Assembly (NCBI GenBank): GCA_964575595.1
Contig: CAZNRI010000007.1
Location: 2,749-66,748, forward strand
DNA from: an uncultured Candidatus Brevefilum sp.
GTDB lineage: Bacteria; Chloroflexota; Anaerolineae; Anaerolineales; Anaerolineaceae
DNA length: 64,000 nt
Direction of reading: 5' to 3'
Positions 9,980 through 19,533 of this stretch are shown piece after piece. Numbering within the stretch: position 1 is the first letter of the stretch; each line of letters opens with the position of its first letter. The notes beneath the pieces are model-generated. The model saw only the letters and a list, made by a program, of their open reading frames with translations. It was not told the DNA's origin and made no database searches. Both the position numbers and the translations under genes were made by a program.

Positions 9980-10904
9980 CATCTCGAAGGTTTACCGCGT
10001 TGGTACCTTTGGCGGCAAAGAACTACACGCAGTTAATCAGGTCAGTTTTAATATCAAAGATGGTGAGGTTGTTTCTCTAATTGGTGAAAGTGGTAGTGGC
10101 AAGAGTACCATAGGTAAAATGATTCTCAAACTGATTGATATTACCGACGGAAGGATTTATTTTAACGATCAGGATATCACACCATTGAAAAGAAATGAGT
10201 TGAAGGAATATTATCGCAATGTGCAAGGTGTCTTTCAAGATCCTTTCAGCTCATTCAATCCCATTTTCAAAGCTGATAGGATGTTCCAGATTATCCATGA
10301 TGAATTTTATCCCCACATAGATTCAAAGCCCTGGAAAGAGAAAGTTGAGCATACTCTGACCAGCGTTGGTCTCAATCCTGAGCACATCCTTGGTAAGTAT
10401 CCACACCAACTCAGCGGCGGGCAGCTCCAACGCTTCTTGATCGCCCGCGCTTTATTGTTGGATATCCGCTTTCTTGTCGCAGATGAGATAATCAGTATGC
10501 TGGATGCCTCTACGCGCATTGACGTGCTCAATCTATTAGCTGAACTCAAACTGAAAGGGCTCTCAATCCTCTTCATCACACATGACCTGTCATTAGCAAA
10601 TTATATAAGTGAACATGCTGTCATCCTGTATCGCGGTTCAGTAGTAGAACGTGGAACAACCGGCAAGATATTTAACAACCCCTTGCACCCCTACACACAG
10701 ATGCTCGTTGCCTCCGTTCCGCGTCTGGATCAGAAATGGGATGAGATTGTAAGCGTGGAATCGCAATCAACGCCTACGGGGGGGATCAATGGATGTGCTT
10801 ATTTAGACCGATGCCCATATGCTCATGAGAAATGCGAGACAATGCCCGAGTTAATTCAAGTTGAACCAAATCATTTTGTCGCTTGTTGGAAATTTACTGA
10901 CTAA
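9963..10904 (+). CDS. ABC ATPase (OppF/DppF-type)
   Basis: GESGSGKST, LSGGQLQR, LVADE, C-terminal CAYLDRCP..C..HFVACW. Confidence 0.93.
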   Translation: MITLDNISKVYRVGTFGGKELHAVNQVSFNIKDGEVVSLIGESGSGKSTIGKMILKLIDITDGRIYFNDQDITPLKRNELKEYYRNVQGVFQDPFSSFNPIFKADRMFQIIHDEFYPHIDSKPWKEKVEHTLTSVGLNPEHILGKYPHQLSGGQLQRFLIARALLLDIRFLVADEIISMLDASTRIDVLNLLAELKLKGLSILFITHDLSLANYISEHAVILYRGSVVERGTTGKIFNNPLHPYTQMLVASVPRLDQKWDEIVSVESQSTPTGGINGCAYLDRCPYAHEKCETMPELIQVEPNHFVACWKFTD

Positions 10905-10924
10905 TCGTTCAATATATACATGCC

Positions 10925-10962
10925 AACGGAGGCTGTAATATACGGCTTCCGTTTTGTTTTTT
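10925..10962 (+). terminator. Rho-independent terminator of the ABC operon
   Basis: AACGGAGGCTGTA-ATA-TACGGCTTCCGTT hairpin followed by TTGTTTTTT. Confidence 0.8.
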
Positions 10963-11239
10963 ACGGGGGTTTCTCCCAGTAGGTGTTAATATTCGAAGGT
11001 TGTTTTTTACTCTTTACAGAATTAATTAATATTAATGACGCAGCCTTTATCCTGACACACCAATCTTGGAACTGCTCCATAATTTTCAAATCCATTTCTA
11101 TAAACCCATAGTATTGTATAATATATGAAATTCGGCATTTAATTTGTCCTGCGCACTCCAATCTTGTTACTCTTTAAATAAAATTAGTAAAAAGCAGTTT
11201 TTCAAAAAAAATTGGAAAGTTACTTCGAGATTGAAGAAT

Positions 11240-12259
11240 ATGACAACCATTAAAGAAATCGCAAAAATTGCAGGCGTTTCCCGCTCCACGGTTTCAAGAG
11301 TAATCAATAATGACCCAAACGTCAGTGAACGGACCAGGTTGAAGGTTCAGGGGATTATTGATGAGATGGACTTTGAACCCAGTCCGGTTGCCCGCAGCCT
11401 GATCAGCGGGAGAACCAGGGTTTTGGGGTTGGTCATTCCAATAGCATTCAGCAGCCTATTCACCGACCCCTTTTTTAGTCTGCTTTCTCAGGGCATTTCA
11501 TCAACATGCACAGCCAACAACTATACACTGATGCTGTGGTTGATCGAGCCCGATTATGAAAAACGCACCAATAATAAAATTCTAAATAATCAATTGATTG
11601 ACGGCATTATCGTCGCATCTAATATGATTGATGACCCCCTCATCGAAGGTTTGATCGCCAGAAAGATACCGCTGGTGATCGTAGGCCGTTATAATTCTCC
11701 CAAGATCAGTAGTGTGGATGCGGATAATGTTCACGGCGCGAAAATGGCTGTTGATCATCTGGTGAACATCGGTCGAAAGAACCTTGCCACCATCACCGGA
11801 CATATGAACCGTTACAGCGGCCGCGATCGGCTTTCCGGTTTCAAACGCGGTTTACAAGAAAACAACCTCCCAATTGCAGAAGAAAAGATTGCCTTTGGTG
11901 ATTTTACCGAGGAAGGGGGATACCTCCAAGCGAAACTGCTTCTCTCACGCACGGAATTCGACGGCATCTTTGTAGCCAGCGATTTGATGTCATTTGGTGC
12001 CATACGCGCTATACGGGAAGCCGGACTCGAAGTCCCGGATGACATTGCGCTCGTCAGCTTTGACGACATCCCAGCTGCCGCCAGGTACCAGCCGCCGTTG
12101 ACCACCGTCCGCCAACCGATCCATCAAATGGGATCCATCGCAGCGCAAACCCTGATTGACCAACTGGAAAGCAATGACACTGCCAAGCCGCGGCGCATCA
12201 TCCTCCCCACGGAGCTTATCATACGGAAGACATCTTTAAAGACACCTCGGAAAAGCTGA
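11240..12259 (+). CDS. Second LacI-family repressor
   Basis: MTTIKEIAKIAGVSRSTVSRVIN HTH; paralogous to the first LacI (shared LFTDP). Start placed at ATG 11240. Confidence 0.92.
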   Translation: MTTIKEIAKIAGVSRSTVSRVINNDPNVSERTRLKVQGIIDEMDFEPSPVARSLISGRTRVLGLVIPIAFSSLFTDPFFSLLSQGISSTCTANNYTLMLWLIEPDYEKRTNNKILNNQLIDGIIVASNMIDDPLIEGLIARKIPLVIVGRYNSPKISSVDADNVHGAKMAVDHLVNIGRKNLATITGHMNRYSGRDRLSGFKRGLQENNLPIAEEKIAFGDFTEEGGYLQAKLLLSRTEFDGIFVASDLMSFGAIRAIREAGLEVPDDIALVSFDDIPAAARYQPPLTTVRQPIHQMGSIAAQTLIDQLESNDTAKPRRIILPTELIIRKTSLKTPRKS

Positions 12260-12377
12260 TTATTCCGCATTTTGTTTATTGTATATATTCCTTTATCAAT
12301 ATCGGTTGTATAATTTGATACCAATCTCTATTTACTTATTCGGATTTTATGCTTGAGTATGCTAGAATTTTCATACT

Positions 12378-13226
12378 ATGAATGGAAAAATTACTGTAAG
12401 ACCCTCACCTATTGCTGGTACCTGGTATGACGGTGACCCTGATCGGCTTCGTCAGACCATAGACGATTATATTGAAAACGCTGAGTTACCCAAAATATCC
12501 GGTGATGTTATGGGGCTTGTCTCACCGCATGCCGGATATCGTTATTCTGGATCTGTCGCTGGCCACGCCTTCAAATGTGTCAAAGGGAAATCTTATGATG
12601 TTGTCGTTGTCATATCACCCATGCATCAATACTATCCAAAGCCGATATTGACCTCTGCACATTCTGCCTATCGAACACCTTTGGGTGACATTCCCTTAGC
12701 TGCCCAAAAACTTGATGAGATCAACGCTGCACTCAAAATGAAGATTGACATGGAAATGACCCGTATCACCTACGATCAGGAACATTCCCTCGAGATTGAA
12801 CTTCCGTTTCTGCAGCGCGCATTAAAAGGCAGTTTCTCATTAATTCCGATTATGCTTCGGAATCAAAGCCGTCAACTCTCCAAAGCCCTTGGTTTAATAT
12901 TGGCAGAAAGCCTTAGAGATCACACCTGTCTGTTTGTTGCCAGCAGCGACCTCTCACACTTTTATCCAGAGCCAGAAGCCAATGAACTAGACCATATCGT
13001 CCTCGAACAAGTGACAAATTTTTCTCCGGACGGTCTTTTTGACCTCAAAGACGAAGGAAAAGATCATGCTTGCGGTTTAGCAGCTATTGCTTCTGTATTG
13101 TGGGCAACAAAGGAGCTCGGCGCCACAAAAGTCACCTTACTCAAGCACAATACGTCCGCATCAGCGACAGGCGATAAATCATCTGTGGTCGGTTATGGTG
13201 CCGCTGCTATCACACGGCCAAAGTGA
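12378..13226 (+). CDS. MEMO1-family protein (AmmeMemoRadiSam protein B)
   Basis: RPSPIAGTWY, PHAGYRYSG, EHSLEIELPFLQ, ASSDLSH, ACG, SVVGYGA. Confidence 0.9.
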   Translation: MNGKITVRPSPIAGTWYDGDPDRLRQTIDDYIENAELPKISGDVMGLVSPHAGYRYSGSVAGHAFKCVKGKSYDVVVVISPMHQYYPKPILTSAHSAYRTPLGDIPLAAQKLDEINAALKMKIDMEMTRITYDQEHSLEIELPFLQRALKGSFSLIPIMLRNQSRQLSKALGLILAESLRDHTCLFVASSDLSHFYPEPEANELDHIVLEQVTNFSPDGLFDLKDEGKDHACGLAAIASVLWATKELGATKVTLLKHNTSASATGDKSSVVGYGAAAITRPK

Positions 13227-13252
13227 CATCATCCGAGGATAACACACTTGTT

Positions 13253-14248
13253 ATGACCCGGATTCCTGAAAGGCTGTTGATTGTTACGATCATCTTGGTC
13301 TTCATTGGAATCAGCAGCTGCCGCCCTGCGCCCACTCCCACCCCCCTAACCCCCTCGTCACCTACAGCCTCAGCGACTCATACCCGGACGCCAACAGAAA
13401 CCCGTACACCCACCCCAACACAGACGACCACACCCGCAAACACGATTACCTCACAACCTTCTCACACCCCAACCATAACACCCACGCCTTATCGAACCCT
13501 CAGTCCCACATTATCTCCCACCGAAATATTAGCGCGCCCAGCTGTATTGTTCCCCTATGAAGACATCAACGGCAAACGGGTGGACTGGTCCTACATCCAT
13601 GTCACACAAATCGGCTTCAATCGATTGGATGAGGTCAATGACCTGTGGGCGTTTATGGCGTTCCAACTGCTGGATCGCACCATCTATCAACGTAATTTTA
13701 AGTTTCTGGGGGAAACAATCACCATCTACTACTTAAATGTTGCTCATGAATTCGATGGGGAAATGATGCAAATGCAGTTGGTACTGGGGGGGACAAGCGG
13801 TGCAAGTATTGCTATTGAAGACATCCCCGCTGGCGGTACCGCCTATATTCAGGTGCAGGTGCGTGATTCCCAAGAGGATTTCGCCCCCTATGTCACACAC
13901 CGCGACGCAAACCGCGCCTATGAACATAGAGAGGACTCTTATCCCCTCCTGTTCCTCAAAGACCTGCAAGCCATGCTCCCCGAGCTGCCTGATGAGATCA
14001 TTCTGCTGGCAGACCATCCCATCCTCATCCCGCCGGATGACTGGCCGCAAATCAAACTAGATATGCAGCGTGTCAGTTACCTCGCTGCCCGTTATCACCC
14101 CTTCTTCGAGATTGATGATTATGACCGCCTGGCGGACCAGAGCGACTTTGCCTATGCCCTCAGGGATCATATCCTGCGCGGCTGGAAGATGCCTGAGGGG
14201 CACTATGCTTACAGCAGCCAAACCCTGATCATCATCAAGAACGAGTAA
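13253..14248 (+). CDS. Hypothetical lipoprotein with Pro/Thr-rich linker
   Basis: Hydrophobic signal ending ISSC, long PT/TP low-complexity stretch, then an unknown globular domain. ORF track starts at GTG 13223. Confidence 0.7.
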   Translation: MTRIPERLLIVTIILVFIGISSCRPAPTPTPLTPSSPTASATHTRTPTETRTPTPTQTTTPANTITSQPSHTPTITPTPYRTLSPTLSPTEILARPAVLFPYEDINGKRVDWSYIHVTQIGFNRLDEVNDLWAFMAFQLLDRTIYQRNFKFLGETITIYYLNVAHEFDGEMMQMQLVLGGTSGASIAIEDIPAGGTAYIQVQVRDSQEDFAPYVTHRDANRAYEHREDSYPLLFLKDLQAMLPELPDEIILLADHPILIPPDDWPQIKLDMQRVSYLAARYHPFFEIDDYDRLADQSDFAYALRDHILRGWKMPEGHYAYSSQTLIIIKNE

Positions 14249-14260
14249 TCCACCTCCCTC

Positions 14261-16822
14261 TTAGAATTTAGTCAACGCTTCCAGCCATCGGTTGGCGATC
14301 TTTCGATTTCTGTTTTCCAAAATCCCCATGCTCTTGACCAGTTTAGCGATAACCTCCGTCTTTTCCCAGGCTTTATCCTGGATGGTCTCTTCCACGGCCT
14401 GATGGGTTTTGTCTGTCAGGCGAGTCTGGGAAAGCATATCCACCAGCCGCCATTGACTGTACGCTTTGCGGATCTCCTGGATGGTCAACTCTTCAAGTTT
14501 CGCCAGCGCGGCTTCCATGATGACTTTGCCCTGTTCGGGATCGGCGCTCTCCACATACACCCGGTTGATCGGTTCCGTCCCAGAAGCCCGTACCCGCAAT
14601 TGGTAACGATCGTCACCATCCGCATCCTGTAACTGCATTTCAGCCACATCATAGCGAATGCCGCCCAGATAGGCGATATCCATCCCTGCTACATGGGGTT
14701 CTTCCGCCGTGTCCGGCAAATCCAGATAATAACTGATGAAGGCTTCCTTAGCCTCTAAGGGCGCATCGACATCCGTGCGCCCGGTGTTGGATGTCTCATC
14801 ATCCGGTGAGCTTCCAAAAGATTCCCACAAGCCCTCCATCTGAACCGTATCCTGCCAGATCTCAGCGATGGACGTCAGGGGATTGTCCTCACGAGTGCCA
14901 AAATAAGCCAGCATGTCCATCACCAACAGGTTCGCCCAGGGGCCGTCCTTGTCAGTAACGTGGCCTCTCGTGGTCAAACCCGAGGATTCCTCTCCACCGA
15001 TCAAGATGCGATCGCGCCAATCCTCAGGCAAAGGCTTTTGCACTTCATAAGAGGGCGTGACTCGCCGAATTTCCTCAATATACTTAATCCCCACGGGAAC
15101 GAGAAAGGCGTGTTCCAAAACACGATCCTCACGGCTGCCGATGCGAATCCCATAAAAAGGATGGCTCACATAACCCGGCAGAGCATCGTCTGCGGGTTCG
15201 TTTTCCTCGTTATCAGGAATCATTCCCGCCAGAATCTCAATCAAAGGCGATCCGGTTTGCGTTGCAATCACCCGCCCCTTCAACCCCCTTTCAACGCCCA
15301 GATAACGCACCAGCATGGGCAAAATTTGATTGGGACGGAAATACACACCGCCCTTATCCACGATGCCAAAACGGTCCGCATCTGTGTCCATACCCATTCC
15401 CAAATGTGCGCCTGTCTCAGCCACCTTCTGCTTCAGAGGGTTGATGAAGGGCTCTTCAGGATTGGCATAATCCAGCCCGGTGAGCTCAGGATCACGCTGG
15501 GCGTGGATAACGGTATAGCGCACACCGGCTTCCCCGATTAATCGAGTCATGTAGCCGCGGCCTGAGCCGTGGAATTCATCCACCACAATCATCTTATCGC
15601 TGAAGAATTCACGAATACGGTCAAAGTTCACCGGGATGCGGTTATTTCCATTGCCGTTATCTTTGATCCAGGCCACATAGTCGTCCAGCGGGTCAAACCC
15701 GTGCAACCGCCCCTGTTTTCGTGCATCCGCCAGGTCAGCTGTACGGGCGTCCGTGTCAGTCAACTGGAGTTCATTAATATGAAATGCCAGGAAATCCGTC
15801 AAATTCGAGGGCGCGGGATAGCCTAATCGGGGGTTGAACTTGATCCCCTGCCACTCCGGCGGATTGTGGCTTGCCGTGCAGATCAATAAGCCCGCCACAT
15901 CTTCCGGCGGCAAATCATCCGTCAGATAATAAACCAAGGCTGGCGTTGGGGCATCCCGGTCGGACAATTCGACCTCAAAGCCGTTTGCCAAACACACCTC
16001 AGATGCCCACTGCGCCACGAGATCGGCGTTTCTGCGGGTATCGTACCCAACAACAACACGCTTACCCGCCAGGTTCTCGCCGCCAACATAATCGGGCACA
16101 TCCACGTCATTCAGAAAATCGCAAACCGCCTGCACGACCTGTTTGGCGCGCCGTTCGGTGAAATCTGCACCCCAGCGGGCGCGCACGCCCGACGTCCCAA
16201 AACGCAGATATTTGCGGTCATAAATCATTCGCAGCAAACCCAGATGATGCTCATCCCCAACCAGGGTGGGGTCTTCCGTCCGCAGGCGGAAACCATACAT
16301 CCGCTCATAAATATTGCCAATTTGGACGACTCGGAAGGGCATCCAGCGATCTGGGTCTTTCTCATAATCCATGCTCTCCAAAAGCGGCAGGATCTCATGG
16401 TCAAGAGCGTCTCGCAGGCTGTCAAAGATCGGTGCCGCCAGATAAGACTTCGCCAGGTTGATCGCTTTCCGCCGCAGCTCACCCGTGATAGGGATATAAG
16501 CATCCTCAATCAATTCCCGGCGCTTACGACCCTCTTCATCTTTGGGTTTGAACTGCTCATGACGGTATTGCGTTCCTGTCGCAATCAAGGTCAGAAGTAT
16601 GCTGAAAGCGCGGGATGAATCCACGTGATTGCGCGAAATGATATCCGGTTTCGAGATCAATTTTTCGTCCAAAACCTTCAGGAAATCGCCCATGGCAGCC
16701 ACAGCAGGGTTCCACTGATCGGGCTCCTGCGCATTGACTAAATTCCTGTTTAATTGATTGAATATCGCCCCTAATTGTGAAATCTCGAGGTCTTCGAGGT
16801 CAAAATCATAGCGATTTATCAT
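14261..16822 (-). CDS. Oversized alpha-D-phosphohexomutase (PGM/PMM family) with a roughly 200-aa N-terminal extension
   Basis: FGTSGVR, phosphoserine loop TASHNP, metal loop DTDADR, GEESSG, DKDG, RASGTEP. Start ATG 16822 with SD GGAGAG. Confidence 0.88.
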   Translation of the reverse strand: MINRYDFDLEDLEISQLGAIFNQLNRNLVNAQEPDQWNPAVAAMGDFLKVLDEKLISKPDIISRNHVDSSRAFSILLTLIATGTQYRHEQFKPKDEEGRKRRELIEDAYIPITGELRRKAINLAKSYLAAPIFDSLRDALDHEILPLLESMDYEKDPDRWMPFRVVQIGNIYERMYGFRLRTEDPTLVGDEHHLGLLRMIYDRKYLRFGTSGVRARWGADFTERRAKQVVQAVCDFLNDVDVPDYVGGENLAGKRVVVGYDTRRNADLVAQWASEVCLANGFEVELSDRDAPTPALVYYLTDDLPPEDVAGLLICTASHNPPEWQGIKFNPRLGYPAPSNLTDFLAFHINELQLTDTDARTADLADARKQGRLHGFDPLDDYVAWIKDNGNGNNRIPVNFDRIREFFSDKMIVVDEFHGSGRGYMTRLIGEAGVRYTVIHAQRDPELTGLDYANPEEPFINPLKQKVAETGAHLGMGMDTDADRFGIVDKGGVYFRPNQILPMLVRYLGVERGLKGRVIATQTGSPLIEILAGMIPDNEENEPADDALPGYVSHPFYGIRIGSREDRVLEHAFLVPVGIKYIEEIRRVTPSYEVQKPLPEDWRDRILIGGEESSGLTTRGHVTDKDGPWANLLVMDMLAYFGTREDNPLTSIAEIWQDTVQMEGLWESFGSSPDDETSNTGRTDVDAPLEAKEAFISYYLDLPDTAEEPHVAGMDIAYLGGIRYDVAEMQLQDADGDDRYQLRVRASGTEPINRVYVESADPEQGKVIMEAALAKLEELTIQEIRKAYSQWRLVDMLSQTRLTDKTHQAVEETIQDKAWEKTEVIAKLVKSMGILENRNRKIANRWLEALTKF

Positions 16823-16859
16823 GTTCTCTCCAGACAATAAAATCGGCAAAAACGTGTAA

Positions 16860-18380
16860 TTAAGGTGATTCTACCCTAGCAATTCCGCTGGATGTCAGTG
16901 GATCATTATAAGGGTTTTTCCACCAACCACCGCTGGTCACATTCAGAACTTCCAGGAAGCTGCCCGCGGGTGTTCCGGTCGCCTCCTGAACAGCTTCACA
17001 CAAAGCAAATGCTTTTTGAGCCAGCTCGGATTCGGAGTGACGGCTATCCGCCTCCAGCATCAAACGCACCTTCGGCTCTGTGCCAGAATAGCGCAGGCTT
17101 AATCGCGTCAACCCCGGCAGCCCTTCATTAATTTGCTGACGGATTTTTTCAACCGGATCAAGCTGATCCAGGTCAATCTTTTCTGACACAAAGGCAGAGG
17201 CAATCACCTGGGGATATTTATGTATGCTCTCAGCCATATCTGCCAATGTATCCTGTTCGCTGGCGAGAAACGCTTTGATTACCCAAAGGGCCGATCGCAG
17301 CCCATCGCCTGTGGCATGTCCCTCATCCATTAAAATAACATGTCCGGACTGCTCGCCGCCCAAACCAATCTGATCAGGGTCATGATCAGCCCGCATGAGT
17401 TTGAGCAATTCTTCCATAATGTACTTATCCCCAACTGGGGTTTCAATGAAATCAATCTCTCGATCTGAAAAGTAATTCACCAACGCACCGTTGCGCATGG
17501 TCGTGCTGACGACCGTATCCGCCAACAACCTCCCCCGTGTTTGAAAATAATCAGCCAGGATCGCCAGCATATGGTCCCCATCCACCAGCTTTCCCACCTC
17601 ATCCACAAAGATCACCCGATCGGCGTCACCGTCAAAAACCATGCCGAAGTCTGCGTCATATTTCTGGATCAAATGGCTCAATTTCTCCGGATTCCGGCGA
17701 ACATGTTCAGATCCGGCATTTTCATTGATATTCGTACCGGTCGGAGAGGCATGAATCACAACGACATCTGCCCCCAGGCGTGAAAAAACTTGCGGTGCAT
17801 ACCAGGAGGCTGCCCCATTAGCGCAGTCCAGGACCAGCTTCATGCCCCCAAGGTCAAGGTCTGGATGCTCATCCACCAAACTACTCACATATAATTCCCG
17901 CAGGGCAGAGACATCCACCAACCGCCCAAATTGACCGGCGCTGGAATCCCTCAAGTCCATTGAGCTGTTCAGCAGAGCCTCAATCTCCAGTTCGGTCGCC
18001 AGGTCCAACTTCAAGGCATCCTGATTAAAAAATTTTATCCCATTCTCATCTACGGGATTATGCGAAGCAGAAATAACAACGCCGGCATCCACCCCTAATT
18101 TTCGAACCATGAAAGCCACGCCCGGCGTGGTCATCACACCCAAATCCATAACCGTTGCGCCCGCTGCCAGCAAGCCTGTTGTTAGGGCGCTCTGCAGCAT
18201 TTCCCCGGATTGACGGGTGTCCCGTCCGATGACAAAACTCGGCTGCTGCTTTGCCTTGGATAGCACCGACCCTGAGGCAAAACCCAGACGGCTGACAAAT
18301 TCAGGCACCATCGGCGGCTGCCCCACATGGCCGCGCACGCCGTCTGTCCCAAAATATTTTCGTTTCTTTTCTGTTGCCAT
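16860..18380 (-). CDS. glmM: Phosphoglucosamine mutase-like protein
   Basis: RKYFGTDGVRG, IGRDTRQSG, SASHNP.DNG-like, DGDADR, VGDKY, GGEQSGH, TGDG, RYSGTEP. Confidence 0.8.
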   Translation of the reverse strand: MATEKKRKYFGTDGVRGHVGQPPMVPEFVSRLGFASGSVLSKAKQQPSFVIGRDTRQSGEMLQSALTTGLLAAGATVMDLGVMTTPGVAFMVRKLGVDAGVVISASHNPVDENGIKFFNQDALKLDLATELEIEALLNSSMDLRDSSAGQFGRLVDVSALRELYVSSLVDEHPDLDLGGMKLVLDCANGAASWYAPQVFSRLGADVVVIHASPTGTNINENAGSEHVRRNPEKLSHLIQKYDADFGMVFDGDADRVIFVDEVGKLVDGDHMLAILADYFQTRGRLLADTVVSTTMRNGALVNYFSDREIDFIETPVGDKYIMEELLKLMRADHDPDQIGLGGEQSGHVILMDEGHATGDGLRSALWVIKAFLASEQDTLADMAESIHKYPQVIASAFVSEKIDLDQLDPVEKIRQQINEGLPGLTRLSLRYSGTEPKVRLMLEADSRHSESELAQKAFALCEAVQEATGTPAGSFLEVLNVTSGGWWKNPYNDPLTSSGIARVESP

Positions 18381-18485
18381 ACTTAATTAAACTCCTCTTT
18401 GAATGGAAGATCTCAAATCAGAAAAACGCTGCCCCTCATTATACAATGACACTTCAAGGTCAGCGTTTCCGTCGCGCACGCTTGC

Positions 18486-19391
18486 TCATTTTATCTGTAA
18501 ATCAGCCACCACCGGTAAATGATCTGAAGCGCGCCTGCTGAGATCGCCGGTCTCAATCCTGCAGCCGTAATCAACAAGCCGTTCTTCAGGATAGAAAAAG
18601 ATGTGATCAATGGCTTTATCCACGCTCGGATGAGTCAGGCCGTCATTCTCCGGCTCTAATCGGATGAATTTGTTCTCCACTTCAAGCAGACGAGCAATAC
18701 AAAACTCATCCTCTGTGGCATTGAAATCGCCTGTCAGGATCAGCGGTTCATCTTTTTCTAAAATATGCTCCTTGACCAGATCCAGCAGTTGCTGAACCTG
18801 TTCGTGACGCATCAAGTGCGACTTTTCGATAATATGCTTCCGCATCCTGGGTTTACGCTCACCGACCAACGTGGTCAGGTGCAGCGTTACAACAAAGGGA
18901 TACGGCGGAGTTTTCAGCCGGGAAAGCAAGGCATGACGCGGTTCAGTGTCACGGTCGCCCTCATAAGAACCCGGTTGATACAACGGGATATTTCTCGACA
19001 CGCCGGGACGTTCTGGGTCTCCTAAACGTGAAAATGGGACACGCGAATGGATGCTGTTGCCCTTAGACCAGTTCCACCAGTCATTAAATATCCCTCTCAC
19101 CATCACAACCTTCTTTACCTGCATATGCTCTTCCATGGAAACGGTCTTGCCATAGTAGGAATAATCATAACCCCCGGCTTTATTCACATCATCCGTGAAA
19201 CTGTGAATCACACCATCAGCATCAATGTGCTGCGAGACTTCTTGAAGGCACAGTACAGTGGCATCCAGCCGTTTGATCAAGAGACACAAAGCCTCTTTTT
19301 GTGCAGCCTGGGTATCATAAGAAACCTCATCAAAGGTTTTTTCGCCCCCGCTGATATTCAATGTGGCGACACGTAAGTCTAACATTGGCAA
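18486..19391 (-). CDS. Endonuclease/exonuclease/phosphatase (EEP) family protein
   Basis: VATLNI, LCLQEV, LHL, TGDFNA, IDHIF, SDHLPV motifs. Confidence 0.88.
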   Translation of the reverse strand: MPMLDLRVATLNISGGEKTFDEVSYDTQAAQKEALCLLIKRLDATVLCLQEVSQHIDADGVIHSFTDDVNKAGGYDYSYYGKTVSMEEHMQVKKVVMVRGIFNDWWNWSKGNSIHSRVPFSRLGDPERPGVSRNIPLYQPGSYEGDRDTEPRHALLSRLKTPPYPFVVTLHLTTLVGERKPRMRKHIIEKSHLMRHEQVQQLLDLVKEHILEKDEPLILTGDFNATEDEFCIARLLEVENKFIRLEPENDGLTHPSVDKAIDHIFFYPEERLVDYGCRIETGDLSRRASDHLPVVADLQIK

Positions 19392-19533
19392 AGTTTATAC
19401 TCCCCATTCATTGTAGGGCGCTGAACAACTATTGCGTCAAGGAACATCACACCATCATTATACCAACCAACCCGATAATCAAGAATGAGACCGCGTGGTA
19501 AAATGAGTGCTTCAAATCAACACTGGAGAACAC

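Noticed and set aside
13320-13530. C/A-rich repetitive stretch (similar ones near 31350, 32650, 37400 and 37950)
   Set aside because: Encodes Pro/Thr linkers of lipoproteins; not a DNA repeat array or CRISPR.
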